A stretch of 64,000 nucleotides of DNA from NCBI GenBank assembly GCA_017480035.1, contig JAFVBJ010000003.1, positions 298,126-362,125 of the forward strand, given 5' to 3'. A program made the translations under genes and the position numbers. The DNA comes from Candidatus Saccharimonadota bacterium (GTDB lineage Bacteria; Patescibacteriota; Saccharimonadia; Saccharimonadales; Saccharimonadaceae). Position 1 is the stretch's first letter, and every line of letters begins with the position of its first letter. The notes under the pieces are model-generated. The model did no database searches and was not told where the DNA came from. It saw only the letters and a program-made list of their open reading frames with translations. Shown here one piece after another: positions 38,951-49,627 of this stretch.

Positions 38951-40879
38951 ATGAACCGATTTTTCACGAAAAACACCCGAATCGTCCTCGTCCGACTTTT
39001 TATTATCGCTGTCACAGCAATCCTTTTCACCTTTTTTCTCGAATGGCGCTTCCTCGACAACGATTTTGACCGCGTCCTGAATTTCGTGACGACAAAACCG
39101 CAAGTTTTCTTCTATAACGCTCTCCTTTTTGCATTCCTCGAATCGCTCATCACTGCCATCTGGAAAACCCCTTGGACTGGTCTCGGCATCAGTTTCGCTC
39201 TCACCATCATCATCTCGTACATTTCCGTCCAAAAACAAGCTTTCCGCGGTCAACCTCTGCTCCCGGATGATTTTATGCTCACCGACCAAGCCGGCACTAT
39301 CTCAAAATTCATCGACATCTGGTCGCTCATCCGCATGCTTCTCGCCGTCGCTCTCGTCATCGCCCTCACTTTGCTTTTAAACCATCTCACAAAATCCTTT
39401 TTCGCCATCGAAAAGAAACAAAATCTCCGTCTTTTCCGCATCATTCTCGCTATTGTTGCCGTAGTTGGTTTTCTCGGCTCAACTAATTTCATCCGCCACC
39501 ACAGCGGCGAACGCGACCAAGACGTTCCGTTTCTCGGCACTAAATTTGTCGCCTGGAACCAAATGGTGAACTACGAAGACAACGGTTTCATCATCGGCTT
39601 TCTCTACAACCTCTCAAAATTCAAAATGGTCGAACCGAGCGACTATTCCGAGTCAAAAATCGCCGAAATCAAATCATCCTATGAAAGTCCCGAACCAAAA
39701 ACCTCTCTCAGTTCCGCCGATTATAACATCGTCGTCATCTTGAACGAATCGTTTTACGACCCCGAAATCATCTCCGAATTTTATCCTGTCTCCGCCAACA
39801 ATCTCGGCGGCAAAAACTCCATGAACGTCCCAATCACTTCATCTGTTGCACCCACCATCCAAAACCTCATCAAAAACGATCAAACTTCCAAAAACTACGC
39901 CATCGGCCAAATGTATTCGACCGATTACGGTGGTGGCACCGCTAACATCGAGTTTGAAGTCGATACCGGCATGACGAATTATTGGGCAAACACCGTCCCT
40001 TACGTCGACCTTTTCCCGCACCTCGAAAAAGTTCCTAGTATCGCCCAAATCGCGAAGCAAAACGGCTACAAAACTCTCGCTATCCACCCATTCAACGCCG
40101 GCATGTACAAACGAAATATTGCTCTGAAAAAAGAAGGTTTTGATGATTTTATCGACGAATCACGCATGACCGAAACAGAGAAAGACGACCACCGCGAATA
40201 TATCAACGACCGCTCCGCTTACAACGAAACTCTGAAATACCTCATCGAAACAGACGAAAAACTCCTCGTCTCTCTTATCACCATGCAAAATCACGCCGGT
40301 TACGGCTCCGACAACTACTCATCTCGCAGCTATCATCTCGCTTCCGCCCCTAAAAACGACTCCTCAAACCCATTTTCTGATGACGAGCGGAACGAAGTCG
40401 AAATCTACCTCGAAACTCTCCATAATTCCGACTATTATCTCGACGAATTCCTCAAAAAACTCGAAAAATTCGACGAAAAAACTGTCATTTTGTTCTATGG
40501 CGACCATGCTCCCGGCGTTTTTGGTCGCGTTGACGAGTCAAAAGACAAATCCGCTTCCGACCTCTCTCGCATCACTCCTTATCTTATCTGGGCGAATTTC
40601 GACCTCGAAGACGTCAAATACGAAAATATCGAGCGCTTCAACGTATCAAAAACCACTCTCCCAACAACCACTCCAAACTGCCTCACAAACACTCTTTTCT
40701 CTCTGTTAGACGTCGAAAAACCGGACTACATGAACCTCTTAAATTCCGTCTGCGATAAGTCTCCAATCCTCGCCCAAACTTATTTCGCTTCCTCCGCCCC
40801 AACTCAATCTGAAGTCCTGAAAAACTACGAACTCTTCACTTACGACATCCTCGGCGGCAAGCAATACTGGCTGAAATAA
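38951..40879 (+). CDS. LTA synthase / sulfatase-family phosphoglycerol transferase-like protein
   Basis: About 5 TM helices; IVVILNESF, YGGGTANIEFEV (catalytic Thr), AIHP, TMQNH, YGDH. Confidence 0.85.
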   Translation: MNRFFTKNTRIVLVRLFIIAVTAILFTFFLEWRFLDNDFDRVLNFVTTKPQVFFYNALLFAFLESLITAIWKTPWTGLGISFALTIIISYISVQKQAFRGQPLLPDDFMLTDQAGTISKFIDIWSLIRMLLAVALVIALTLLLNHLTKSFFAIEKKQNLRLFRIILAIVAVVGFLGSTNFIRHHSGERDQDVPFLGTKFVAWNQMVNYEDNGFIIGFLYNLSKFKMVEPSDYSESKIAEIKSSYESPEPKTSLSSADYNIVVILNESFYDPEIISEFYPVSANNLGGKNSMNVPITSSVAPTIQNLIKNDQTSKNYAIGQMYSTDYGGGTANIEFEVDTGMTNYWANTVPYVDLFPHLEKVPSIAQIAKQNGYKTLAIHPFNAGMYKRNIALKKEGFDDFIDESRMTETEKDDHREYINDRSAYNETLKYLIETDEKLLVSLITMQNHAGYGSDNYSSRSYHLASAPKNDSSNPFSDDERNEVEIYLETLHNSDYYLDEFLKKLEKFDEKTVILFYGDHAPGVFGRVDESKDKSASDLSRITPYLIWANFDLEDVKYENIERFNVSKTTLPTTTPNCLTNTLFSLLDVEKPDYMNLLNSVCDKSPILAQTYFASSAPTQSEVLKNYELFTYDILGGKQYWLK

Positions 40880-40985
40880 CCATAAGCACCTCTTGCATTT
40901 TTCCGCAAAATGTGCTATAATATAGGTATAGGCTTATGGTGGGCCTAAAAATCCACAAATCGCACTTTTAAAGGAGGAATAAAAC

Positions 40986-41537
40986 ATGCAAACTTTCAGT
41001 AATCTTTTTCCTATGACCCCGGCACAATCTTGGGCGTTTCTACTGCTGCTTTTCTCAGTATCAGCCCTCGTGGCTTACCTCATCTGGTATCTCGACATCG
41101 TTGCACAGCTTTCATTTACGAACTGCAAAGTCGTCGGTGCTAAAGGCATCATTTACGCTTTTCGCGGAATCGAATGTTATGAAATTCTGCGCGAACGCGT
41201 CATCGGAGTAACGAGAAATGAGATTGGCTATAGAGTCTCCACCTCTGATGGTGAAGTCCCTGGTACCTATTTCATTATCACTTCGAGAGAAGATGTTGGA
41301 AATCCGGAATACGATGAGGCAATTGAGCTTGCTGGTGATGACGAGCGCTTAAAGAAAGAATTGCTTCCGCCCGCTCGGGTCAAAAACTATTTTGTCCTGA
41401 AGAACAAGGAAACTGGCGAGAGCCAAGAATTCTTCGTTGTCTATTTAAAATATGACAATACCGTTGAGGTCGAAGAAGCCTTAAATCGCTATTTCGATGA
41501 AGAATTCGAAGATATCTGTAAAAACAATGTAGCATGA
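40986..41537 (+). CDS. Hypothetical protein with N-terminal TM helix
   Basis: Own promoter (TTGCAT-17-TATAAT), AGGAGG SD, own terminator. Confidence 0.72.
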   Translation: MQTFSNLFPMTPAQSWAFLLLLFSVSALVAYLIWYLDIVAQLSFTNCKVVGAKGIIYAFRGIECYEILRERVIGVTRNEIGYRVSTSDGEVPGTYFIITSREDVGNPEYDEAIELAGDDERLKKELLPPARVKNYFVLKNKETGESQEFFVVYLKYDNTVEVEEALNRYFDEEFEDICKNNVA

Positions 41538-41548
41538 ACTCCGAAAAT

Positions 41549-41570
41549 GCCCCGCCTAGCGGGGCTTTTT
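41549..41570 (+). terminator. Intrinsic terminator
   Basis: GCCCCGC-CTA-GCGGGGC plus T tract. Confidence 0.8.
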
Positions 41571-41597
41571 CATGCTGAAATATGGTAAAATAAAGAT

Positions 41598-43067
41598 ATG
41601 GAAGATTTTGAATCGACTTTTTTCTTTTATGACCTCGAAACTAGCGGCCTCGACCCGAGAGAAGACCGCATCATGCAATTTGCTGGTATCCGTACTGACC
41701 TCGATTTCAATCCTATCGGCGACCCGGTTAATATCCTCGTAAAACTTGCCGACGACACACTTCCAAGCCCCGGCGCCATCAACGTCACTCATATTACTCC
41801 TCAACAGACCCAGCTCGACGGTATTTCCGAACCAGAATTTTGTAAATATGTCCAAGAAGAAATTTTCACGCCCGGCACTGTCGAAATTGGCTATAATTCC
41901 GTCCGTTTTGATGATGAACACATGCGCTTTTGTTTTTATCGCAATTTCTATGACCCGTACGAATGGCAATGGAAAGATGGTCGTTCACGTTGGGATTTGC
42001 TCGATGTTGTTCGCATGGTGCGCGCTCTTCGCCCGCAGGGAATCAAGTGGCCATTCTCGACTGCCACGCGTAAAAAAGATGATGGTACCGAAGAAACTTT
42101 TGAAAAACCAAACAATCGTCTCGAAAACTTGACGAAAGAAAACGGCCTAAAACACGAACACGCTCATGACGCGCTTTCTGATGTCGAAGCTTTAATTTCC
42201 GTCACAAAACTCATTAAAGAAAAACAGCCGAAACTCTTTGACTATCTTTTTAAAATGCGAAACAAAAAGTTCGTTGCATGCCAGCTTGATAGTAAATCCC
42301 CGCTCGTCTACACTACTGGTCGCTATTCGTCGAAGTTTTGGCATACGAGTGTCGTTTTTCCGCTTTGTAATTTTAAAGATGGTCGTGCACTTGTTTTTGA
42401 CCTTCGCTATAATCTCGATGAGTTACTCGAAGCCGAGAAAAATTTCAAACCTGAAGAAAAGACTGACCGTTTTGGCCGAAAATATATCACAAAATTCTCT
42501 TGGTTTCCGATTGTTAAAGAACTTGCATATAATAAATGCCCGGCGATTGCTCCGATTGGCGTATTAGATGCCGAATCGGAACCAGGCAAAACTGGCTGGG
42601 AACGCATCAGTCTCGAAAAGTCTCAAGTCGAGAAAAATCTCGAAATCCTAAAATCTCACCCAGAATTTGCCGAACATATGCAAAAACTTTTTGCGGATAA
42701 GAAGGATTCATACGTGAAGTCCGAAGATGCTGACGCGCAGCTCTATGACGGCTTCATTCCGGATGGCGACCGCGTCAAAATGAAAGATGTGCGTGGCCGA
42801 AACGCTAATGAACTCGCAGATTATCATCCAATGTTTGAAGACCCGCGTCTTTCTGACCTACTTTTGCATTATAAGGGCCGTAATTTCCCAAATTCTTTCG
42901 ACGAAACCGAGCAAAAACAATGGGAAAAATATCGCCTTGCTCGTCTCCAAAAACAAGAAAAGATTTTTGTTGCCGAACTCGAAAAAATGAAAGACGAAAT
43001 GGATCCAAATCTCCTCGAAGATTTGTTGCTTTGGTACCAAAGTTTAGCCTCTGGCGATTACGAGTAA
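41598..43067 (+). CDS. sbcB: Exodeoxyribonuclease I
   Basis: FFYDLETSG, DRIMQFAGIRTD, GYNSVRFDDE, RWDLLD, HAHDALSDV, NKCPAIAP, LLHYKGRNFP. Confidence 0.93.
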   Translation: MEDFESTFFFYDLETSGLDPREDRIMQFAGIRTDLDFNPIGDPVNILVKLADDTLPSPGAINVTHITPQQTQLDGISEPEFCKYVQEEIFTPGTVEIGYNSVRFDDEHMRFCFYRNFYDPYEWQWKDGRSRWDLLDVVRMVRALRPQGIKWPFSTATRKKDDGTEETFEKPNNRLENLTKENGLKHEHAHDALSDVEALISVTKLIKEKQPKLFDYLFKMRNKKFVACQLDSKSPLVYTTGRYSSKFWHTSVVFPLCNFKDGRALVFDLRYNLDELLEAEKNFKPEEKTDRFGRKYITKFSWFPIVKELAYNKCPAIAPIGVLDAESEPGKTGWERISLEKSQVEKNLEILKSHPEFAEHMQKLFADKKDSYVKSEDADAQLYDGFIPDGDRVKMKDVRGRNANELADYHPMFEDPRLSDLLLHYKGRNFPNSFDETEQKQWEKYRLARLQKQEKIFVAELEKMKDEMDPNLLEDLLLWYQSLASGDYE

Positions 43068-43139
43068 AAATGTCCTAAAACTTGACTTTCTATCTGTTAT
43101 ATGCTAATATTTTTTGAAAAGAAGGGAGTTTATTTTCTG

Positions 43140-43823
43140 ATGATTTACGGTTATATTCGTGTCTCGACTGACAAGCAGACTGTCGAAAATCAACGTTTTG
43201 AAATCAACAATTTTTGTAAGCAGAAAAAACTCAAAATCGACGGTTGGATTGAAGAAACGATTTCCGGAACAAAAGAATATGATAAACGCGAACTCGGCCG
43301 CTTACTTAAGAGAATTAAAAAAGGCGATCTTATAATCTGCGTTGAGCTCTCCCGCCTCGGCCGTAATCTTTTTATGATTATGGAAATTCTTAATATCTGT
43401 ATGACGAAAGAATGCCAAGTTTGGACAATCAAGGACGGCTATCGTCTCGGTGATGACATCCAAGCAAAAGTTCTTGCTTTTGCGTTCGGACTTTCTGCCG
43501 AAATTGAAAGAACTTTACTCTCCCAAAGAACAAAAGAAGCGATGGCTCGTTTAAAATCAGAAGGGAAACGTCTTGGCCGTCCAGTTGGCAGCCATCTTCC
43601 TCAGACTTCATATAAATGCTATGGTGGCGATAAAAAGATTGTAAGAATGATGAATAATGGCGTCTCTTGGACAAAAATGGGCGCGAGGTTTGACGTCACC
43701 CATTCAACCCTAAAAAACTATGTCGTGCGCTTCCTTCCGGAATACGCTGATTATGATAGTGAAAACCCCGCAACTTACCCGGCTAATAAGAAAATTGGCG
43801 CCTTGGACTCTGTACAAAAATAA
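43140..43823 (+). CDS. Serine recombinase (resolvase/invertase), Mpi master DNA invertase-like
   Basis: Start ATG 43140; MIYGYIRVSTDKQTVENQRFEI, ELSRLGRNLFMIMEILN, FAFGLSAEIER, GKRLGRP, C-terminal HTH. Confidence 0.88.
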   Translation: MIYGYIRVSTDKQTVENQRFEINNFCKQKKLKIDGWIEETISGTKEYDKRELGRLLKRIKKGDLIICVELSRLGRNLFMIMEILNICMTKECQVWTIKDGYRLGDDIQAKVLAFAFGLSAEIERTLLSQRTKEAMARLKSEGKRLGRPVGSHLPQTSYKCYGGDKKIVRMMNNGVSWTKMGARFDVTHSTLKNYVVRFLPEYADYDSENPATYPANKKIGALDSVQK

Positions 43824-43862
43824 CTTTTTGTGGTAAAATATACGCGTTAAAAACGGAGATAA

Positions 43863-46784
43863 ATGATGGCAAATGGACTTTTAAGCCCAGCCGGAATCAA
43901 AATGCAAAACGGAGACGAAAATTGCATCAAAATTCGCGGCGCAAGGCAGCACAATCTGAAAGATATTGATATTGACATCCCGCGCGAAAAACTCGTCGTG
44001 ATTACCGGGCTTTCTGGCTCTGGAAAATCAAGCCTAGCTTTCGACACAATCTACGCTGAAGGCCAGCGTCGCTATGTCGAATCGCTTTCAAGCTACGCCA
44101 GAATGTTTCTCGGTGTGATGGACAAGCCTGATGTCGACACTATCACTGGTCTTTCTCCGGCCATCTCCATCGACCAAAAATCGACTTCGAGGAACCCGCG
44201 TTCGACCGTCGCGACCGTGACCGAAGTCTATGATTATCTCCGTCTTCTCTTTGCACGCGTCGGCGTGCCACATTGTCCGATTTGTCATCGCGAAGTTTCT
44301 AGGCGTAGCGTCGAAGATATTGTGAATGAAGTGATGAAACTTCCTCTCGGCAGCAAACTTATGCTCCTCGCCCCAATCGTCCAACAGAAAAAAGGCGAAT
44401 TCCAACACATCTCCGAACAATTCATCCAAAAAGGTTTCTCGCGCGTCCGTGTCGACGGAATCGTTTACGCTCTCGACGAATTTCCGGAACTTGAAAAGAA
44501 TATTAAACACGACATCGAAATCGTCGTTGATCGCTTCATTTTGTCGCCAGATTTACTCTCGCGTATTTCCGGTTCAATCGAGCAAGCTCTCGATCTTGGT
44601 CAGGGAATCATTAAACTTTTGAGAATTAACGACAATTCCAGTTCCATCGAGCAAAAAAATCTCGAAGATACTGAAGTCTTGACCTATTCCCAGCGCTACG
44701 CCTGCGAATATCACCCGGACGAACTCATTCCGGAACTCGAACCGCGTTTATTCTCGTTCAATGCTCCGCAAGGCGCTTGTCCGACCTGTACCGGTCTCGG
44801 TAGCCGTCTCGAAATCGACCCGAATCTCGTTTTCAATAAAAACTTAACAATCGCCGAAGGTGGAATTCGTCCGTTTAATCGTATCCGTGATGATTCTTGG
44901 TGGATGAAACGTTTGGATGCCGTCGCGAATCGCCATAATTTTTCTATCCATATTCCAATCAAAGATTTGACCGAAGAACAAAAACAACTCATTCTCTACG
45001 GCACCGGTGATGAAAAATACCAAGTCCGCATTAACGGCTCTGGTAAATGGCAAGAAGGCGCTGTCTACGAATCAACTTACGAAGGTGTCATCCCAACTCT
45101 CGAGCGTCGTCATAAAGAAACCGACTCTGAATTTATCCGTAAAGACATCGAACGTTTCATGCGCGTTCGCGAATGTCAAACCTGTCATGGCGCTCGTTTA
45201 AAGCCAGCCGTGCTCGCTGTCACAATCCATGATCTAAATATCGTCGACATGTGTAATCTCGACGTCGATTCGACACTCGAAGTTTTGTCTCAAGACCTCG
45301 AATTTTCCGAATCGGAGCAAATGATTGCGAAACCAATTTTGAAGGAAATTAGAGAGCGCATTAAATTCATGCAAGACGTCGGTCTCGGTTACATCGAACT
45401 CGGCCGCGCCGCCAACACACTTTCTGGTGGCGAAGCTCAACGTATTCGCCTTGCGACTCAAATTGGTTCCGGCCTCCAAGGTGTGCTTTACGTTCTTGAC
45501 GAACCGTCCATCGGCCTTCATCAACGCGACAACGACAAATTGATTGCCACTTTGAAGCATCTTCGCGACTTGAAAAACACTGTTCTCGTCGTTGAGCACG
45601 ACGAAGATACCATGCTAAGCTCCGATTATCTTATCGATATCGGCCCGAAAGCCGGCAATCTCGGCGGTGAAGTTGTTGCGGTTGGCACCCCAGAAGAAGT
45701 CATGAAAAATGAAAATTCCATCACCGGAAAATATCTTGCCGGGAAAATGACGATTGAAGTTCCGAAAAAACGCCGTAAAGCTAAAGTTGGCAAAGAGCTA
45801 GTTGTAAAAGGTGCTCGTGAAAATAATCTGAAAAATATCGACGTACATTTTCCACTTGGCGTGATGACCGTCGTTTCTGGTGTTTCTGGCTCTGGCAAAT
45901 CCACGCTCGTTAACGAAATTCTCGCGAATGAACTTCTCGCAAAATATCATCGCGCCCAAACCGTTCCAGGCGCGCACGACGCAGTTGAAGGCACTGAAAA
46001 TCTTGATAAATGTATCGTGATTGACCAGTCTCCAATCGGCCGCACTCCACGCTCTAATCCTGCGACCTACACCGGTGTTTTCAACCAAATCCGCGAGCTT
46101 TTCGCCAAACAACCAGAAGCTGAGATTCGTGGCTATAAAGCCGGCCGTTTCAGTTTTAATATCAAAGGCGGTCGTTGCGAACACTGTCAGGGCGACGGCG
46201 TAAATAAAATCGAGATGCACTTCCTTCCGGATGTTTATGTCACTTGTCCGGCCTGTCATGGCAAGAGATATAATCGTGAAGCGCTCGAAATAAAATATAA
46301 AGGCAAAGATATTTCACAAGTTCTCGATATGACAATCGACGAAGCAGTCGAATTCTTCAAAAATATCCCGAGTATTGCGCCAAAATTAAAAACTATCCAA
46401 GAAGTTGGTCTCGGTTATATCCGTCTCGGCCAGCCAGCCACGACTTTCTCTGGCGGCGAAGCCCAACGCATTAAACTTGCAACCGAGCTTTCTCGTCGCT
46501 CGACCGGAAAAACTCTCTATATTCTCGATGAGCCAACCACCGGGCTTCATACCGACGACGTCAAACGTCTCCTTGCTATCTTGAATCGCTTAGTCGATGG
46601 TGGAAATTCGATGATTATTATCGAGCATAACCTCCACGTCATTAAGAGCGCGGATTGGATTATCGATATGGGCCCAGAAGGTGGCCAGAAAGGCGGAATG
46701 GTTGTCGCGGAAGGCACTCCGGAAGACCTCGCAAAAAGAACAGATACGCCAACCGGTCAGTTCTTGAAAAATTTCATAAAATAG
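43863..46784 (+). CDS. uvrA: Excinuclease ABC subunit A
   Basis: [41 protein letters not shown], second SGGEAQR, Zn fingers. Confidence 0.97.
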   Translation: MMANGLLSPAGIKMQNGDENCIKIRGARQHNLKDIDIDIPREKLVVITGLSGSGKSSLAFDTIYAEGQRRYVESLSSYARMFLGVMDKPDVDTITGLSPAISIDQKSTSRNPRSTVATVTEVYDYLRLLFARVGVPHCPICHREVSRRSVEDIVNEVMKLPLGSKLMLLAPIVQQKKGEFQHISEQFIQKGFSRVRVDGIVYALDEFPELEKNIKHDIEIVVDRFILSPDLLSRISGSIEQALDLGQGIIKLLRINDNSSSIEQKNLEDTEVLTYSQRYACEYHPDELIPELEPRLFSFNAPQGACPTCTGLGSRLEIDPNLVFNKNLTIAEGGIRPFNRIRDDSWWMKRLDAVANRHNFSIHIPIKDLTEEQKQLILYGTGDEKYQVRINGSGKWQEGAVYESTYEGVIPTLERRHKETDSEFIRKDIERFMRVRECQTCHGARLKPAVLAVTIHDLNIVDMCNLDVDSTLEVLSQDLEFSESEQMIAKPILKEIRERIKFMQDVGLGYIELGRAANTLSGGEAQRIRLATQIGSGLQGVLYVLDEPSIGLHQRDNDKLIATLKHLRDLKNTVLVVEHDEDTMLSSDYLIDIGPKAGNLGGEVVAVGTPEEVMKNENSITGKYLAGKMTIEVPKKRRKAKVGKELVVKGARENNLKNIDVHFPLGVMTVVSGVSGSGKSTLVNEILANELLAKYHRAQTVPGAHDAVEGTENLDKCIVIDQSPIGRTPRSNPATYTGVFNQIRELFAKQPEAEIRGYKAGRFSFNIKGGRCEHCQGDGVNKIEMHFLPDVYVTCPACHGKRYNREALEIKYKGKDISQVLDMTIDEAVEFFKNIPSIAPKLKTIQEVGLGYIRLGQPATTFSGGEAQRIKLATELSRRSTGKTLYILDEPTTGLHTDDVKRLLAILNRLVDGGNSMIIIEHNLHVIKSADWIIDMGPEGGQKGGMVVAEGTPEDLAKRTDTPTGQFLKNFIK

Positions 46785-46822
46785 TGTATAATTGATACTA
46801 ATTGTAAAAATAAAGGAAAAAT

Positions 46823-47515
46823 ATGTCTGATATTAAGTTAAGTTTGAATGCTCGAACTTTGACTGGCAAGAAACTTGCCGGTCTCCGTGCTGATGGACTT
46901 ATTCCTTCCGTCATCTATGGCGAAGGCGAACCGGTCCTCACCCAGAGTGCGTACAACGAAACCGAGAAAGTCCTTCTCGCTGCCGGATACCACTCAACTG
47001 TCGATGTCGATATCGACGGCAAAAAGAAAATGGTCATCGTGAAAGATGTGAATCTCGACCCAGTTTCAAGAAAAATTGTCAACGTCGAATTCCAAGCCGT
47101 CTCGGCTGACCGTGCGATTGAAGCAACCACTCCAATCGAACTCACCGGCTTCGAAACTTCCGACGCTTCGAAAGCTCACTACACGATTCTTCAAGTTATG
47201 GAAGAAATCGACGTTAAAGCAAAACCTTCGGATCTTCCGAAAGAGCTCACTATCGATGCTTCGAAACTCGCTAACCTCGACGATAAAATCACGATTGCTG
47301 ACATCGTCTTGCCGGCTGGCGTCGAATTTGCTGAAAAAGACATTGATATGAACGCTGCTATCGCAATTCTTTCTGACCCTGCTGCTGAAGCCGCTGCACG
47401 TGAAGCTGAAGAAGCTGCCGCAAAAGAAGCTGAAACTGTTGATGCTGCTGACGTCCCGAGCGACAACGGCGCAAAACCTGAAGAAGCTGCTGAAGGCGAA
47501 GCAAAAGCTGAATAA
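46823..47515 (+). CDS. rplY: 50S ribosomal protein L25 (long CTC form)
   Basis: LRADGLIPSVIYG, VNVEFQAV, DLPKELTIDASKL, acidic tail. Confidence 0.92.
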   Translation: MSDIKLSLNARTLTGKKLAGLRADGLIPSVIYGEGEPVLTQSAYNETEKVLLAAGYHSTVDVDIDGKKKMVIVKDVNLDPVSRKIVNVEFQAVSADRAIEATTPIELTGFETSDASKAHYTILQVMEEIDVKAKPSDLPKELTIDASKLANLDDKITIADIVLPAGVEFAEKDIDMNAAIAILSDPAAEAAAREAEEAAAKEAETVDAADVPSDNGAKPEEAAEGEAKAE

Positions 47516-47530
47516 TTCAGCAAATAACAG

Positions 47531-47565
47531 AGAAAGTGTTGTAATTATTACAACACTTTCTTTTT
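47531..47565 (+). terminator. Intrinsic terminator after rplY (14-bp perfect arms)
   Basis: AGAAAGTGTTGTAA-TTA-TTACAACACTTTCT plus T tract. Confidence 0.8.
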
Positions 47566-47608
47566 ACTGTAAAATGCTTATGCTCAAAACTATAGAAATA
47601 GACAATAA

Positions 47609-47638
47609 AAAATACTCCGGATAAAAGGAGTATTTTTT
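47609..47638. terminator. Second, bidirectional terminator for the aldolase gene
   Basis: AAAAATACTCC/GGAGTATTTTT. Confidence 0.75.
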
Positions 47639-47647
47639 ATATCGTTA

Positions 47648-49471
47648 TTAAGATAAGTTGTTTTTCGTCAGTGCTTTACAGTTCTCTACGAGTCGTTTTG
47701 CAAAAGCTTCGCGCGCGTTGTCCGCGTTATTATTGTCGCCTTTCCATGCATCGAGTGCCGGCCCCTGCAATGCACGTGCATAAGAGAATGTCACAGCCCA
47801 AGGAAACGGCCCGTTGTTTGTCACGGCTTGTAAATTTTCCGTCGCTTGCTCGACGCCTTGTCCACCAGAGAGGAAAACGACTCCCGCGAGTTCTTTTGGA
47901 CAATGTTCTCGCAGAACTTTTGCGGTCCATTCGCCAACTTCTTCTGGAGAACTTTGATTTTCATACTTCTTTCCGGCAAGCACCATGTTCGTTTTCAGGA
48001 TGCATCCTTCAAGATTCACGCTAAATCTCGCAAGTTGTTTGAATAAACAGTCGAGAATTTCGCCAGTGATTTTCGCACAAGTTTCAACCGAATAATATCC
48101 ATCATGCACTACTTCTGGCTCAACAATTGGCACAATCCCAGCATTTTGGCAGTCTTTTGCATATTGCGCGAGGATTTCACAGTTCTTTTCAATTGCGAAT
48201 TTTGACGGCGTCTTTACAGAAACATTATCTCCACCTACTCCGTCGAGCGTCACTTCGAATGCTGCACGCCATTTTGCAAATCGTGCTCCCATTTCGAAGT
48301 ATTCTGCGAGTCTCTCCGGCAAATCGTCTAGCCCCTTCGTCCATTTTTCTGTCGCATATTCTGGCTCAGAAAATGGTTCGAGCCCTTGGTCGACTTTAAT
48401 TCCTGGAACAATTCCTTTTGCAGTTAAGAAAGAGACAAAATCGCTCCCGTCATCCGCTTTTTGGCGCGCCGTTTCATCGAACAAAATCACACCATTAACA
48501 TATTTTTCAAGGTTATGTGTCGTGAAGAAAATATTGCGGTAGTCGCGACGATGTTCTTCGTCGTCCGGAATTCCAGCCTCCTCGAATTTTTTATGAATCG
48601 AACCGCCACTTTCATCGGCCGCGAGGATTCCGCGACCCGGGCTTACCATTGTTTTTGCAATCAAACGCAAATTTCCGTCCGTTTCGCGACGTTTTTCAAT
48701 CATTTCAGTCAATTTTTTCAATGACAAACTCTCTGTGATAGTTGAGTTTTCGACGTTTAAAGCTGCCATTTCGAGCGCATCTTTTGTTGAAGTTCCATTC
48801 ATCATCGCTCCGAAAATCGTCGCCGCGATAATCGAATAACTCGTCAGATGTGTCATCAAATCATTTTTCGAGACTTTGTATCGACGCACAATGCTTCCGC
48901 ATTTGATTTCTCGGTGTAAAATCGTACAAACTACGCCTTTTGGCGACGCTTCCGAGAGTTCTCCGTCCGTGAAAACGACGTTCGCAACTCGCGTCAACTC
49001 CTTTACTCCGGTCGTGAAATTATTTACGTTCGCAAAAATCGCAAGTTTTGCGTGAGTTAAACCGAGATAATTTTTCACTTTTTCAGCTAATTCGTCGGAA
49101 ACTTCTGCGGAACGGTCGATAAAAATCCAGTCAACTGGGTTGTTTGGGGAATTAAAAACCGACAAAACGCGTTCACTCGGCACGAAATATGAAATATTTT
49201 CGCCACTTGAAAGCACATAACGATACGAATCGGCAATTTTCTTTTCTTCTTCGCCGGAAATCGACGACTCAAGCCCGAGTTTATCAAAAACTTCTTTCGT
49301 CACTCTTGCGCCGCCAAAAACCGATGTGCGCGAAAAAAACGCATGGTGTCCGCCGTCAAAAGCGATATCCATCCATGGCGTGCCGTTTTCATCTGTTTCA
49401 AACTTATTTTGTCTCTCATCGAGACCTAGATAAACATCTTTTATGATGTTCCCAACAATCAAAATACGCAT
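47648..49471 (-). CDS. fba: Fusion of a degenerate PfkB/ribokinase-like domain and class I fructose-bisphosphate aldolase
   Basis: C-terminal GRGILAADESGGS, GIKVDQG, AKWRAA, VPIVEPEV, LKTNMV, FLSGGQ, FSYARALQ; N-terminal ILIVGNIIKDV. Confidence 0.88.
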   Translation of the reverse strand: MRILIVGNIIKDVYLGLDERQNKFETDENGTPWMDIAFDGGHHAFFSRTSVFGGARVTKEVFDKLGLESSISGEEEKKIADSYRYVLSSGENISYFVPSERVLSVFNSPNNPVDWIFIDRSAEVSDELAEKVKNYLGLTHAKLAIFANVNNFTTGVKELTRVANVVFTDGELSEASPKGVVCTILHREIKCGSIVRRYKVSKNDLMTHLTSYSIIAATIFGAMMNGTSTKDALEMAALNVENSTITESLSLKKLTEMIEKRRETDGNLRLIAKTMVSPGRGILAADESGGSIHKKFEEAGIPDDEEHRRDYRNIFFTTHNLEKYVNGVILFDETARQKADDGSDFVSFLTAKGIVPGIKVDQGLEPFSEPEYATEKWTKGLDDLPERLAEYFEMGARFAKWRAAFEVTLDGVGGDNVSVKTPSKFAIEKNCEILAQYAKDCQNAGIVPIVEPEVVHDGYYSVETCAKITGEILDCLFKQLARFSVNLEGCILKTNMVLAGKKYENQSSPEEVGEWTAKVLREHCPKELAGVVFLSGGQGVEQATENLQAVTNNGPFPWAVTFSYARALQGPALDAWKGDNNNADNAREAFAKRLVENCKALTKNNLS

Positions 49472-49627
49472 ATTATATATATTTTACCACAAGCGTGTTT
49501 ATTTTTGTACCTCGTTTTAAGAATTTGCAACCAAATAAGTCATTTGTGAACTTCAACCGCGGTAGGAGTTCGAGTAGGCGAGAGCTTGCTCTCATCTGCG
49601 AGACGACGCCCCGCGGAAGAAGTGTAA

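Noticed and set aside
41598-43067. Exonuclease I, typical of Gammaproteobacteria, in a CPR genome
   Set aside because: Canonical motifs, ordinary composition and housekeeping context; I recall it is common in this group, so not novel
47576-47624. Possible small ORF MLKTIEIDNKKYSG between two terminators
   Set aside because: No SD, -10-like box too close to the ATG, overlaps the terminator; no support for coding
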